Source: Minisyncoccota bacterium (GTDB lineage: Bacteria > Patescibacteriota > Minisyncoccia > UBA6257 > GWB1-50-10). Taken from it: a stretch of DNA of 32,000 nt. Location: positions 1 through 32,000 of the forward strand of contig JAGVBU010000005.1 in assembly GCA_020059585.1 (NCBI GenBank), read 5' to 3'. The notes beneath the pieces were generated by a model that saw only the letters and a program-made list of their open reading frames with translations, was not told where the DNA came from and did not search any database. Both the position numbers and the translations under genes were made by a program. Positions 23,970 to 32,000 of this stretch are shown one piece after another (the first letter of the stretch is position 1; every line of letters begins with the position of its first letter).

Positions 23970-24923
23970 TTATAATATTTTTTTCAGCGTACGATACGCA
24001 AAGTATTTCGCGGCAACATACGGATAATCCCACGTCCCCGCATAGTGAATCATATCGCCCCCGAAACTTTTTTTGAATGCGGTTACTCCCGCCCATTCTT
24101 TCTTTGTCGCGCTTGCGCCCCAAAAATCAAAAAGGACGCACCCACTGTTCTTTGCGTCGCGAATCGCTTCCCACACAAGAAGCGTGGGCGCGTTCAGATT
24201 TCCAACCCCCGCGCGGGATGCCGCGTAAAGATACGTAGCCCTCTCGCCAAAAAACACCACGATCGCCGCGGCAATGGGCGCGTCTCCATGATACGCGACA
24301 TACATCTTTGAAAAACAATCTCCGCGAAGAGAAGTGACGCCCCGATAATAATCCTCCGAATAGGAACGCAATCCGTGCCTCCTGTTCGTCTCACGGAACA
24401 ATTCGCAAAACACCTCAAATACTCCTTTTTTTATCGCGTCATCACCCGAAAAGGAAACAACGGAAACGCCTCTCCGCGCTGCCGCGCGGATTGAATATCG
24501 CGTATTATGTTCCATCTTTTTCAGAATATCCTCTTCCGACGGAGTAAGATCGAGCACGATTGTTTCTTCCGGCTGCACGTGCGCCGATTTCCTGAATCCG
24601 GCGCGGGTAAGCGTTTCCGAGAGCGATTCGGAAAAAAGAACAAAGGGTTCAACGCGGAGAAAAAACGCGTTCTTGAGTAGGGCGTTTTTTTTCGTTTCTT
24701 CAATGAACGCCAAAAGACTTTCTTTATTATACGTTCCCGAAGGACCGTGCGGCGCGTACGCGTAATAATTCCCATATCCTACGGGAGAACGGATGATTAT
24801 TCCCGAAAGAGCGCCCGCAACGACGCGCGCGGTTTTTTTTTGGAGTATCTCTGATTGAAAATCCGCCCACGCGCGTGACTGAAGAAAGGAAATCGACGAT
24901 GAAATTGTGTTCTCGTGCTTCAT
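23970..24923 (-). CDS. FemAB-family peptidoglycan interpeptide-bridge aminoacyltransferase (FemX-like)
   Basis: 317 aa. N-terminal FLQSRAWADFQ and overall FemAB-like pattern (YLYAASR...). It lies between Mur ligase and M23 peptidase genes. Confidence 0.7.
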   Translation of the reverse strand: MKHENTISSSISFLQSRAWADFQSEILQKKTARVVAGALSGIIIRSPVGYGNYYAYAPHGPSGTYNKESLLAFIEETKKNALLKNAFFLRVEPFVLFSESLSETLTRAGFRKSAHVQPEETIVLDLTPSEEDILKKMEHNTRYSIRAAARRGVSVVSFSGDDAIKKGVFEVFCELFRETNRRHGLRSYSEDYYRGVTSLRGDCFSKMYVAYHGDAPIAAAIVVFFGERATYLYAASRAGVGNLNAPTLLVWEAIRDAKNSGCVLFDFWGASATKKEWAGVTAFKKSFGGDMIHYAGTWDYPYVAAKYFAYRTLKKIL

Positions 24924-24924
24924 C

Positions 24925-26208
24925 TTAAGAAGGGATCTCTATGTATTTCATCGGATCAATGTCTCCTCCCACGGGCATCGGCCCGCATACGCGGGACGCC
25001 TGCGTTCCTTCCGGAAAACCTGAGCGCGCGGGGGTCAGCGTATTTGAGGCAAACACAGTGAAATGCAGATGAGCGCCCGTCGCCCATCCCGTGCGTCCCA
25101 TGTATCCTATTATTTCTCCCCTTTTTACAACGCTTCCCACAGCAACGGTATACCGCGACATATGGCCATACAAGGTAGTAAGCCCGTTCGTATGTTTTAT
25201 AACGACAAATTTCCCATACGCGGCGCCACGGCAATAATTATCCTGATTTCCCACATTGATCACCGTTCCATCTTCCGCGGCGACGATTTCAGCTCCAAGA
25301 AATCTTCCGATGTCTATGCCGTTATGGTACTGACTCTTATATGTTTTAATCGCAAAAGAGGTTCTCCCATACGCCTGCGTCAATCTCCCTTCGGGAACCG
25401 GCCAAAGCAAGACGCCTGCCCGAGGAAGAGGCAAAAGATTCGGGTCTATGTTTTTTCGCAATTCGTTTTCTATCTTTTCTATATCTGAAGATATCTCGTC
25501 CTGTAATTTTTTGAGTTCGTTTATCTGTACCTCATATACCTTTTCCTGATCTTTCGTCTGAGAGAGCAGGGTTTGTTTTTCTTTTTTTTGATCTTCGAGT
25601 ATATACTGGCGATCTATGAGGTTCACGCTTTCGATTTTCTTACTTTGTTTTTTGTGTTCTTGCTCGTAAACTTTTTTACTGAGATTTTCCTGCAGTTCGC
25701 TTAATTCCTCAAGTTGAACAAGCAATCCATTGTTGAGATTGGAAATCGCCTGTATCTCCCCTACCGCCTCCGCAAGACTCCTGTTCCTCAAAAAAATGAC
25801 GAGAAAATTCTCATTTCCTTTCTGCTGAAGTTCGGAAAAAAGCCTTCCGACGGTCTGTTTCTTGTTCGTAATGTTCTGTTCAGTTTCCTCAATGTCCTCA
25901 TGGAGAGAATTTATCTCAAGATCCAATTTCTCGACGGTAAGCTCATTCGAACGGACAAGCATCTGAAGTTGAGTGATTGTGCTGTTCACGTATCGGATTT
26001 CGCCGGAAAGTTTGTTGCTTGATTTACTCACCTCATCGAGCTGCTTCTGGAGTTCTTTCCTCTGAGCCTCAAGCTCCTTAAGCGCCGATGCCTTTTGATC
26101 TATAAGACTCCTCAGTTCCACGGACGCCTGTCCGGAAACAATAGCGGGAATTGTGCCGAATCCTATCGCGATAAAAAGAAGAAGAAATTTCCATGTATGC
26201 GTCATCAT
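24925..26208 (-). CDS. M23 family metallopeptidase with N-terminal coiled coil
   Basis: Signal/TM segment, then a long coiled coil. HNGIDIG (HxxxD) and GAHLHFTVF (HxH) motifs are present. Confidence 0.9.
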   Translation of the reverse strand: MMTHTWKFLLLFIAIGFGTIPAIVSGQASVELRSLIDQKASALKELEAQRKELQKQLDEVSKSSNKLSGEIRYVNSTITQLQMLVRSNELTVEKLDLEINSLHEDIEETEQNITNKKQTVGRLFSELQQKGNENFLVIFLRNRSLAEAVGEIQAISNLNNGLLVQLEELSELQENLSKKVYEQEHKKQSKKIESVNLIDRQYILEDQKKEKQTLLSQTKDQEKVYEVQINELKKLQDEISSDIEKIENELRKNIDPNLLPLPRAGVLLWPVPEGRLTQAYGRTSFAIKTYKSQYHNGIDIGRFLGAEIVAAEDGTVINVGNQDNYCRGAAYGKFVVIKHTNGLTTLYGHMSRYTVAVGSVVKRGEIIGYMGRTGWATGAHLHFTVFASNTLTPARSGFPEGTQASRVCGPMPVGGDIDPMKYIEIPS

Positions 26209-27632
26209 ATTTTTTTTGAGAGCAGTGTCCGCGCGTGCCCTATCCGCCGCAAGGCCTCTTTCTTTCCGAGAATTTCCGCGAGATCAAAGGGTCCGGGAGA
26301 GGCATTCTTTCCCGAGAGCGCAACGCGAAGAGGCCAGAGAACCTCTCCCCTTCCGCGCATCTCCGCAAAAAGCATCATTTTCGATTCTATAATCTTCTTG
26401 TTAAAATCTTCTTCTGATATTTTTTCAAATATATCCGCCGTCTCCTTGAGATTCTCGTTGATTGTTTCGATAGACATCTGTTTCCACACGAGAAGTTCCG
26501 GAGCATATGAAGGAAGTTCGAAAATAAAGTCCGCCGCGACCGCAAAATCGGTAAGTTTCTTCATGCGTTCTTTCTCCACCGCGACCGCTTTAATAAATTT
26601 GTCTTTGTCGGCAATCCATTCAGGAGGAACAATATCTTCAAGAAGCAGAGTAAGCGTCTCATCGCTGAGCGCGCGAATATAATAGCCATTGAACCAATCA
26701 AGTTTTTCTATATTGAATATTCCCCCCGATTTTTGAACGCGATCGAAAGAAAATTCTTTCTGCATCTCTTCAATTGAAAGAACCTCTCTATCCTCCTTAG
26801 GATGCCACCCTAAAAGCACGAGAAAATTGACGATTGCGTGAGGAAGATATCCTTCTTTCCTGTAATCGGAAATTGATTTTGCAAGATCCCTTTTTGAAAG
26901 CTTTTTCTTATTCGCGCCAAGGATAAGCGGAAGATGGGCGTATATGAGCGGAGGAAATCCAAGTGCTTCTTGTATCGCGATCTGGCGGGGAGTGTTCGAT
27001 ATATGCTCTTCGCCGCGAACCACATGGGTAATATTCATCTCGAAATCATCAATGACGTTTGCAAAATTATAAAGGGGCTCTTTCGCACTCTTCGCGATGA
27101 TAAAATCCCCTATTAGTCCAAGATTAAACGTGACCTTTCCTCGGATAAGATCATGAAATGAAACTTCCTTTTCGGGAATCTTGACGCGAATCACATGCTT
27201 TTCATTCTCCGCGCGCCGTGCCGCCTCTTCCGGAGGAATACTCCTGCAGCGTCCGCCATATTTCGGTTGAATTCCCTGACTCATCTGCGCTTCCTCGTCG
27301 CGTTTCAGATCTTCTTCGGAGCAGAAACATCGGTATGCAAATTTCTTTTCAAGAAGGATCGCGATATATTTCTCATAATTCGAGATTCTGTCCGTTTGCC
27401 TGTATAACTCATCCCAATTCAATCCAAGCCACGAAAGACTTTCTTTTATGTCATCCTCGAATTCGGGGCGCGACCGCTCTCTATCCGTATCTTCGATGCG
27501 GAGGATAAAAGATCCCCCCTCGTGTTTCGCGAAAAGCCAATTGAAAAGCGCCGTGCGTACGCCGCCGAAATTCAAAGGACCCGTCGGAGAGGGAGCAAAT
27601 CGCACGCGCACATGTTTTTTTTGTCCAAACAT
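26205..27632 (-). CDS. gltX: Glutamate--tRNA ligase (GluRS family) with atypical HIGH motif
   Basis: RVRFAPSPTGPLNFGGVRTALFNWLFAKHEGGSFILRIEDTD and KLSKRD (KMSKS). ATG 27632 (MFGQKK) is preferred over the TTG at 27665, which would overlap murG. Confidence 0.85.
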   Translation of the reverse strand: MFGQKKHVRVRFAPSPTGPLNFGGVRTALFNWLFAKHEGGSFILRIEDTDRERSRPEFEDDIKESLSWLGLNWDELYRQTDRISNYEKYIAILLEKKFAYRCFCSEEDLKRDEEAQMSQGIQPKYGGRCRSIPPEEAARRAENEKHVIRVKIPEKEVSFHDLIRGKVTFNLGLIGDFIIAKSAKEPLYNFANVIDDFEMNITHVVRGEEHISNTPRQIAIQEALGFPPLIYAHLPLILGANKKKLSKRDLAKSISDYRKEGYLPHAIVNFLVLLGWHPKEDREVLSIEEMQKEFSFDRVQKSGGIFNIEKLDWFNGYYIRALSDETLTLLLEDIVPPEWIADKDKFIKAVAVEKERMKKLTDFAVAADFIFELPSYAPELLVWKQMSIETINENLKETADIFEKISEEDFNKKIIESKMMLFAEMRGRGEVLWPLRVALSGKNASPGPFDLAEILGKKEALRRIGHARTLLSKKI

Positions 27633-27645
27633 AGGGATAGTCTTT

Positions 27646-28770
27646 TTATTTTCGAAGCGCGGCAAGACGTATAATTTCGTTCACAATACTCTCCGTCGCA
27701 TCAATACGGGAAAATCGTTTTGCCGCGGCGCTCATCTTTTCATAGAGTTCGGGGTGAGATACGATCTCCTTCATTTTGAGCTCAACTACGTGATATGTGA
27801 AATTTTTTCCCTCGAAAACTTCAGCCGCTCCTGATGCCGCGTAACTGTACGCATTCGCCCGCTGGTGATCGTTTGCTGACGATTCAAGCGGAACAAGAAT
27901 TGAGGGTTTTCCAAATGCCGCAATTTCCGCAATGGTAGAACCGGAACGCGAAAGAACGATATCCGCGGCGCATAACGCGTCCCGAAGGGTGCTTGTATTC
28001 ATATGGCCAATCACGCGATATCGATCGGAAATGGAGGGCGTGGCGCGCATTGCCGCATCTGCCGTCATCGCCGTTGATTCATAATTCAATACTCCCGATT
28101 GATGAAGTACCTGAGTGAACGAAAGAATCGCGGGAAGATTATCAAGGACAAAATTATTAAGTTGTTCCGCCCCCCGCGAGCCTCCGAGAACGAGCAAAAG
28201 AGGGAGATTTTTTTGAAATCCTATCTTCTCCTTTGCTTTTTCGCGATCAAGCATTCCCTCCATAAGTTCCGCGCGGAGAGGATTTCCCGTGAACGCTACT
28301 TTCTTTTTTGAAAAATATTTTTCCGCCTCCGGAAACGATACCGCGACACGTTGCGCCAAGCGTCCGGAAATTTTGTTTGTAAGTCCCGGAATGGCGTCGG
28401 ATTCGTGAACGATGACGGGAATAAGATAAAAACGCGCGGCAAGAACAACCGCGAGAGATCCCGGACCCCCTTTCGAGAACACTACGTCGGGCATAAGCAC
28501 GTAAAGCCTGTGAAGCGCCTGAACCACGCTCCAAAAAAACTTCGGGATATCAATAAAATTATTTAAAGAGAAATACCTTCGTATCTTACTCGAAGCAACG
28601 GTGTAGACGGGAATATCCCTGTCAAAAAATTCCTGGTTTAAAGGACTCTTCGGTCCGACATAAGAAAGTCCCACAGATACATCCCGCATCCGCGCAAATT
28701 CCTCGGCAACCGCCAAAAGTGGATAAATGTGGCCGCCGCTCCCTCCGCCGGTAAGTAGCACTCGTATCAT
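27646..28770 (-). CDS. murG: Undecaprenyldiphospho-muramoylpentapeptide beta-N-acetylglucosaminyltransferase
   Basis: MIRVLLTGGGSGGHIYPLLAVAEE and a C-terminal GT28 pattern (SRSGSTIAEIAAFGKPSILVP). Confidence 0.9.
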   Translation of the reverse strand: MIRVLLTGGGSGGHIYPLLAVAEEFARMRDVSVGLSYVGPKSPLNQEFFDRDIPVYTVASSKIRRYFSLNNFIDIPKFFWSVVQALHRLYVLMPDVVFSKGGPGSLAVVLAARFYLIPVIVHESDAIPGLTNKISGRLAQRVAVSFPEAEKYFSKKKVAFTGNPLRAELMEGMLDREKAKEKIGFQKNLPLLLVLGGSRGAEQLNNFVLDNLPAILSFTQVLHQSGVLNYESTAMTADAAMRATPSISDRYRVIGHMNTSTLRDALCAADIVLSRSGSTIAEIAAFGKPSILVPLESSANDHQRANAYSYAASGAAEVFEGKNFTYHVVELKMKEIVSHPELYEKMSAAAKRFSRIDATESIVNEIIRLAALRK

Positions 28771-28811
28771 AAGAAATTGAGGCGGGCTCTGAACGCGCGA
28801 GAAAACGAGCG

Positions 28812-29915
28812 TTATCGCCTGCTTCTTGATATGTTAACAAGAATGCCCGACATCGTCAAAAAAACCGCGAGCGCAGTGCCTCCGTAGCTTATGAAAGGCA
28901 AAGGAACGCCCGTGAGAGGAAGAAGCCCTGAAATCGCGCCCATATTCACAAATGCCTGAAATCCGATGAGCGTCGTAACACCCACCGCGAGCGAACGCGA
29001 AAAATTATCACGCGTGCGGCGAGCGATGAAAAATCCCCGCCATATGAAGATTCCAAAGAGCAGCACAACGGTCATCGTTCCCACAAAACCGAACTCTTCT
29101 CCTATTACCGCGAAAATAGAATCTCCTATCGGCTCGGGAAGATATTTTAATTTCGTAGTCGAATTTCCGAATCCAACGCCGAAAATTTCTCCGGCGCCGA
29201 TCGCGTTGAGCGACTGGCTTATGTGATACGTTTTTCCAAGAGGATCAGACTCCGGATTTAAATAACTCGTAATGCGATCCATGCGGTATCCCGTTGTTGA
29301 TATAAGCACGCCAACCGTGACTAAACCGAGAAGCATAATGACCGCGATATATCGTATTTTCGCGCCCGCGGCGAAATATGCCGCGAGTACCGCGATCACT
29401 AATATAACCGCGATGGTCGTCGCGGGCTGAAGGAAAAGGAGTCCCACGGGGATTCCAAGTATAAATATAAATGGAATGAGTCCGCGAGAAATGCTTTTTC
29501 CGCGTTCTTTATCGCGTGCTACCCACGCTGAAAGAAATATAAGAAAAGTAAGCTTCAGAAGCTCTCCCGGCTGAAAACTAAGACCTCCTATACTAAGCCA
29601 TCGCTCGGCTCCTTTCGTATATATCCCCAATGAGGGAATAAATACCATTACAAGAAATGCCAAACTCAAAAGAAAAATATAGAGTGAATATTTCTCCCAT
29701 ATTCGAAGCGGAACAAAAACACCTATCAAAAATCCGAAAATGCCGACTAAGAGTCCGTTTATTATCTGATGCTGTATGTAATAATAACTGTCGCCGAAAC
29801 GTTCCTGAGCGAGATCCGAGGACGCGCTCGCGAGCATCACGAGTCCTATGACTGTAAGTGCGGCAACAATCCCTATGAAAAAATAATCCGGCGCTCCGCC
29901 GCGGGACAATCTCAT
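28812..29915 (-). CDS. ftsW: FtsW/RodA/SpoVE (SEDS) family peptidoglycan glycosyltransferase
   Basis: Polytopic membrane protein with PEPIGDSIFAVIGEEFGFVG. Start set at ATG 29915, forming an ATGA overlap with the upstream stop. Confidence 0.85.
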   Translation of the reverse strand: MRLSRGGAPDYFFIGIVAALTVIGLVMLASASSDLAQERFGDSYYYIQHQIINGLLVGIFGFLIGVFVPLRIWEKYSLYIFLLSLAFLVMVFIPSLGIYTKGAERWLSIGGLSFQPGELLKLTFLIFLSAWVARDKERGKSISRGLIPFIFILGIPVGLLFLQPATTIAVILVIAVLAAYFAAGAKIRYIAVIMLLGLVTVGVLISTTGYRMDRITSYLNPESDPLGKTYHISQSLNAIGAGEIFGVGFGNSTTKLKYLPEPIGDSIFAVIGEEFGFVGTMTVVLLFGIFIWRGFFIARRTRDNFSRSLAVGVTTLIGFQAFVNMGAISGLLPLTGVPLPFISYGGTALAVFLTMSGILVNISRSRR

Positions 29916-31426
29916 AATAAAATGTTTTCTTTTTTTCTTAGCATGTGTCCGGGACGCGCATTCATACATTTTCCTTCGCGCAACACGCATGATCCGTTCA
30001 CAAAAACATCACTGGGGATAAAATCGCGAAGTACCGCGATGTCCGCGTAATATCCTTCACGCAATACTCCCCTTTTTCCTATGCGATATTTCCGCGCGGG
30101 AATAGACGTGCATTTCATTATTGTTTTTTCAAATGGAATATTCTGATCTTCATACGCATCTTTGAGAAATCTTGAAAACAATCCTTTTTCCGGAATCGAG
30201 GCGCTTTCATTCATTCCGATGCCCGCGCTATGAGACGCCACAATAGAATACGGCGAATGAAGGAACGGAAGATATGAATCACGCGGAACGCTTTCAAAAG
30301 TACACAACAGCGCGCCATGGGATATTTCGATAAGTTTCAAAAGCGCGCGAGGACCGTCAATATGAAGATTCTCCGCGAATTCCGATACGTTTTTTCCCAC
30401 GAGAAAACCAAGAGGCGTTGACGCGCGGACTATGGATATAGCATGGAATGGAAGCGACTTGAGATGGGATACAATTCTTTTCTCCATATGGGGAGAGATG
30501 ATGTGCCCCAAAAACGCATCGCGTCCCCCTTCCTTTACCCAATCAGGAAGAAACGAAAGAACTGAGAACGCGCGGGTTCCCGAGGGCGATACATCGAAAT
30601 TGATTTCCGAGAGAGATCCTTCTTTTTCTATATACTGCAATCCTTTTTCATATTCAGAAAGAAAATCAGCGTTCGGGATAAAATGACTTATCTCCATCCG
30701 AACGCCCTTCTTTTTTGCAAACGTGACAGATTCGCGAAGAGCGTCAAGAACACCGGCACCGCTGTTTTTGAGATGCATCGCATACACTCCATCAAAACGT
30801 TTGACGATTTCCAAATACTCCCCCACCTCCTTCAATGAAATGCCCCGCTCATCAGGATGTTCCATTCCGCTTGAAAACCCGAGCGCGCCAGCGCGAAAAG
30901 AATCTTCAAGCATCTTCTTCGCGAAACGAAGTTCAGCATCGGTAAAATCCTGAAGCGATCCTCCGTTTGCAAACATTCGAAGCGTCCCTAATCCCACAAG
31001 TGTTCCGAAATTAACTCCCAAACCCTTCTTATGAAAAAATGAGAAAAAATCCGCGGGGGTGGTCCATGTCGCGCTGAATGGGGAAAATCCCGCATCCCAT
31101 TCCGACATCACGCGCAATGTTCGTGGGGCAAAAGGAAAAAGAGATTTCCCACAGGTGCCTCCGATAATAGTGGTGATCCCCTCGCGAATAGGATGCTCCT
31201 GATACGGATCCGAAAAAACACTCAGGTTATGATCTGAATGCGAATGAATGTCGACAAATCCCGGAACCACAAAAGCTCCCGTTGCATCGATCACCTCGTT
31301 TACACGCACTGCTTTGAGCGTTTCCCCTATTTTTACTATTCTTTTTCTCTCTATAAGGATGTCACGTTTTACGGGAGATCCTCCCGCGCCGTCGTAGACA
31401 AGTCCGTTTTTTATGAGAATAGGCAT
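29912..31426 (-). CDS. Amidohydrolase family protein, N-acyl-D-amino-acid deacylase (D-aminoacylase)-like
   Basis: 504 aa. N-terminus ILIKNGLVYDG...VIDATGAFVVPGFVDIHSHSD (HxH metal site). Confidence 0.75.
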   Translation of the reverse strand: MPILIKNGLVYDGAGGSPVKRDILIERKRIVKIGETLKAVRVNEVIDATGAFVVPGFVDIHSHSDHNLSVFSDPYQEHPIREGITTIIGGTCGKSLFPFAPRTLRVMSEWDAGFSPFSATWTTPADFFSFFHKKGLGVNFGTLVGLGTLRMFANGGSLQDFTDAELRFAKKMLEDSFRAGALGFSSGMEHPDERGISLKEVGEYLEIVKRFDGVYAMHLKNSGAGVLDALRESVTFAKKKGVRMEISHFIPNADFLSEYEKGLQYIEKEGSLSEINFDVSPSGTRAFSVLSFLPDWVKEGGRDAFLGHIISPHMEKRIVSHLKSLPFHAISIVRASTPLGFLVGKNVSEFAENLHIDGPRALLKLIEISHGALLCTFESVPRDSYLPFLHSPYSIVASHSAGIGMNESASIPEKGLFSRFLKDAYEDQNIPFEKTIMKCTSIPARKYRIGKRGVLREGYYADIAVLRDFIPSDVFVNGSCVLREGKCMNARPGHMLRKKENILL

Positions 31427-31475
31427 ACGTCCGTTTCATTATACCCGAACGGACCCCATTTTTCAGCACATCCGA

Positions 31476-31871
31476 CTATCTGAAATCGATTTCGAAACCA
31501 TACATCCCCATACTACACAATCCCCTGACCGTTCCTTCCGATTGCGAAGCGCTAAGCGGTATGTCTCTCACTCCCGAAGGATCAAGCATCGTGCGATAGT
31601 TCAATTTGGGAACAACAAGAGAAGAAGAGCAATCGAAAGTTCCGTTTGTTTTCATCCTTATTATTGTCGGTATCCCCGCTTGTGCGATCGTCCTTTTAGG
31701 AAAATATCCTCCCCTCGCCGATATTTCGACGATTTGCACTCCATCAACGATTTTTGCCTCCCCATCTCCCGCGCCGCGAGACGCGGTGTCCGTGTCACGG
31801 GAGATATAGAAAAATGCTCCTATGATAATAAGGAATGCAATTCCAAGGGATGCGATAGTGTTTTTTTTCAT
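31476..31871 (-). CDS. Cupredoxin_1-like domain protein with N-terminal membrane anchor
   Basis: TM IASLGIAFLIIIGAFFYI, then VQIVEISARGGYFPKRTIAQAGIPTIIRMKTNGTFDCSSSLVVPKL...GLCSMGMYGFEIDF. ATG 31871 is preferred over the TTG at 31874. Confidence 0.65.
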   Translation of the reverse strand: MKKNTIASLGIAFLIIIGAFFYISRDTDTASRGAGDGEAKIVDGVQIVEISARGGYFPKRTIAQAGIPTIIRMKTNGTFDCSSSLVVPKLNYRTMLDPSGVRDIPLSASQSEGTVRGLCSMGMYGFEIDFR

Positions 31872-31874
31872 CAA

Positions 31875-32000
31875 TTAAAAATCAAATACCGGATTAATCA
31901 GGCCCGCGACCACGAGCATGTTTATTATATTAAAAAGCGCAAGCGCAATCACAACAATTCCCGCGGATTTGAAAAATATTCCGCTCCACTTCTTTCCGGC
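31875..32000 (-). CDS. C-terminal fragment of a membrane protein (gene continues beyond the window)
   Basis: An open frame reads AGKKWSGIFFKSAGIVVIALALFNIINMLVVAGLINPVFDF, with its stop at 31875-31877 abutting the next start. It is too short to name. Confidence 0.4.
   Translation of the reverse strand, partial: AGKKWSGIFFKSAGIVVIALALFNIINMLVVAGLINPVFDF

Overview
The window is a bacterial chromosomal segment with about 34 protein genes. Compact proteins and gene content suggest a small-genome, possibly Patescibacteria/CPR-like organism, but that is inference only. I recognised no rRNA, tRNA, CRISPR array, transposase or integrase.

Core genes: plsY, a DUF1003-like membrane protein, dnaG-rpoD, a compact alaS, two translationally coupled unknowns, an S41 protease, rplI, rpmA, a PD-(D/E)XK nuclease and murC. 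A long, tightly packed minus-strand cell-wall operon (22250-31426) runs amidohydrolase, ftsW, murG, gltX, M23 peptidase, femX-like, murE-like ligase, small secreted protein.

Accessory part: an AT-rich, co-directional island at about 760-5772, directly downstream of a MazG-like pyrophosphohydrolase. It carries a type II R-M pair (beta-class DPPY methyltransferase plus a 173-aa PD-(D/E)XK endonuclease). It also carries an OLD-family ABC-ATPase/Toprim-like protein followed by a 571-aa protein with an orphan N-terminus and a C-terminal AlbA_2 (Schlafen-type) domain. This OLD-like + AlbA_2 pair is my best candidate for an undescribed defence system.

Non-coding oddities:
- a stop-free array of perfect hairpins at 1-345
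- a triplicated two-hairpin module at 21434-21643, insulated by two strong hairpin terminators and next to an HNH-like gene
- a stop-laden repeat spacer at 6351-6626
- a tandem 14-mer shared by two distant intergenic regions
- TATAAT boxes placed 6-10 nt before start codons that lack Shine-Dalgarno sequences
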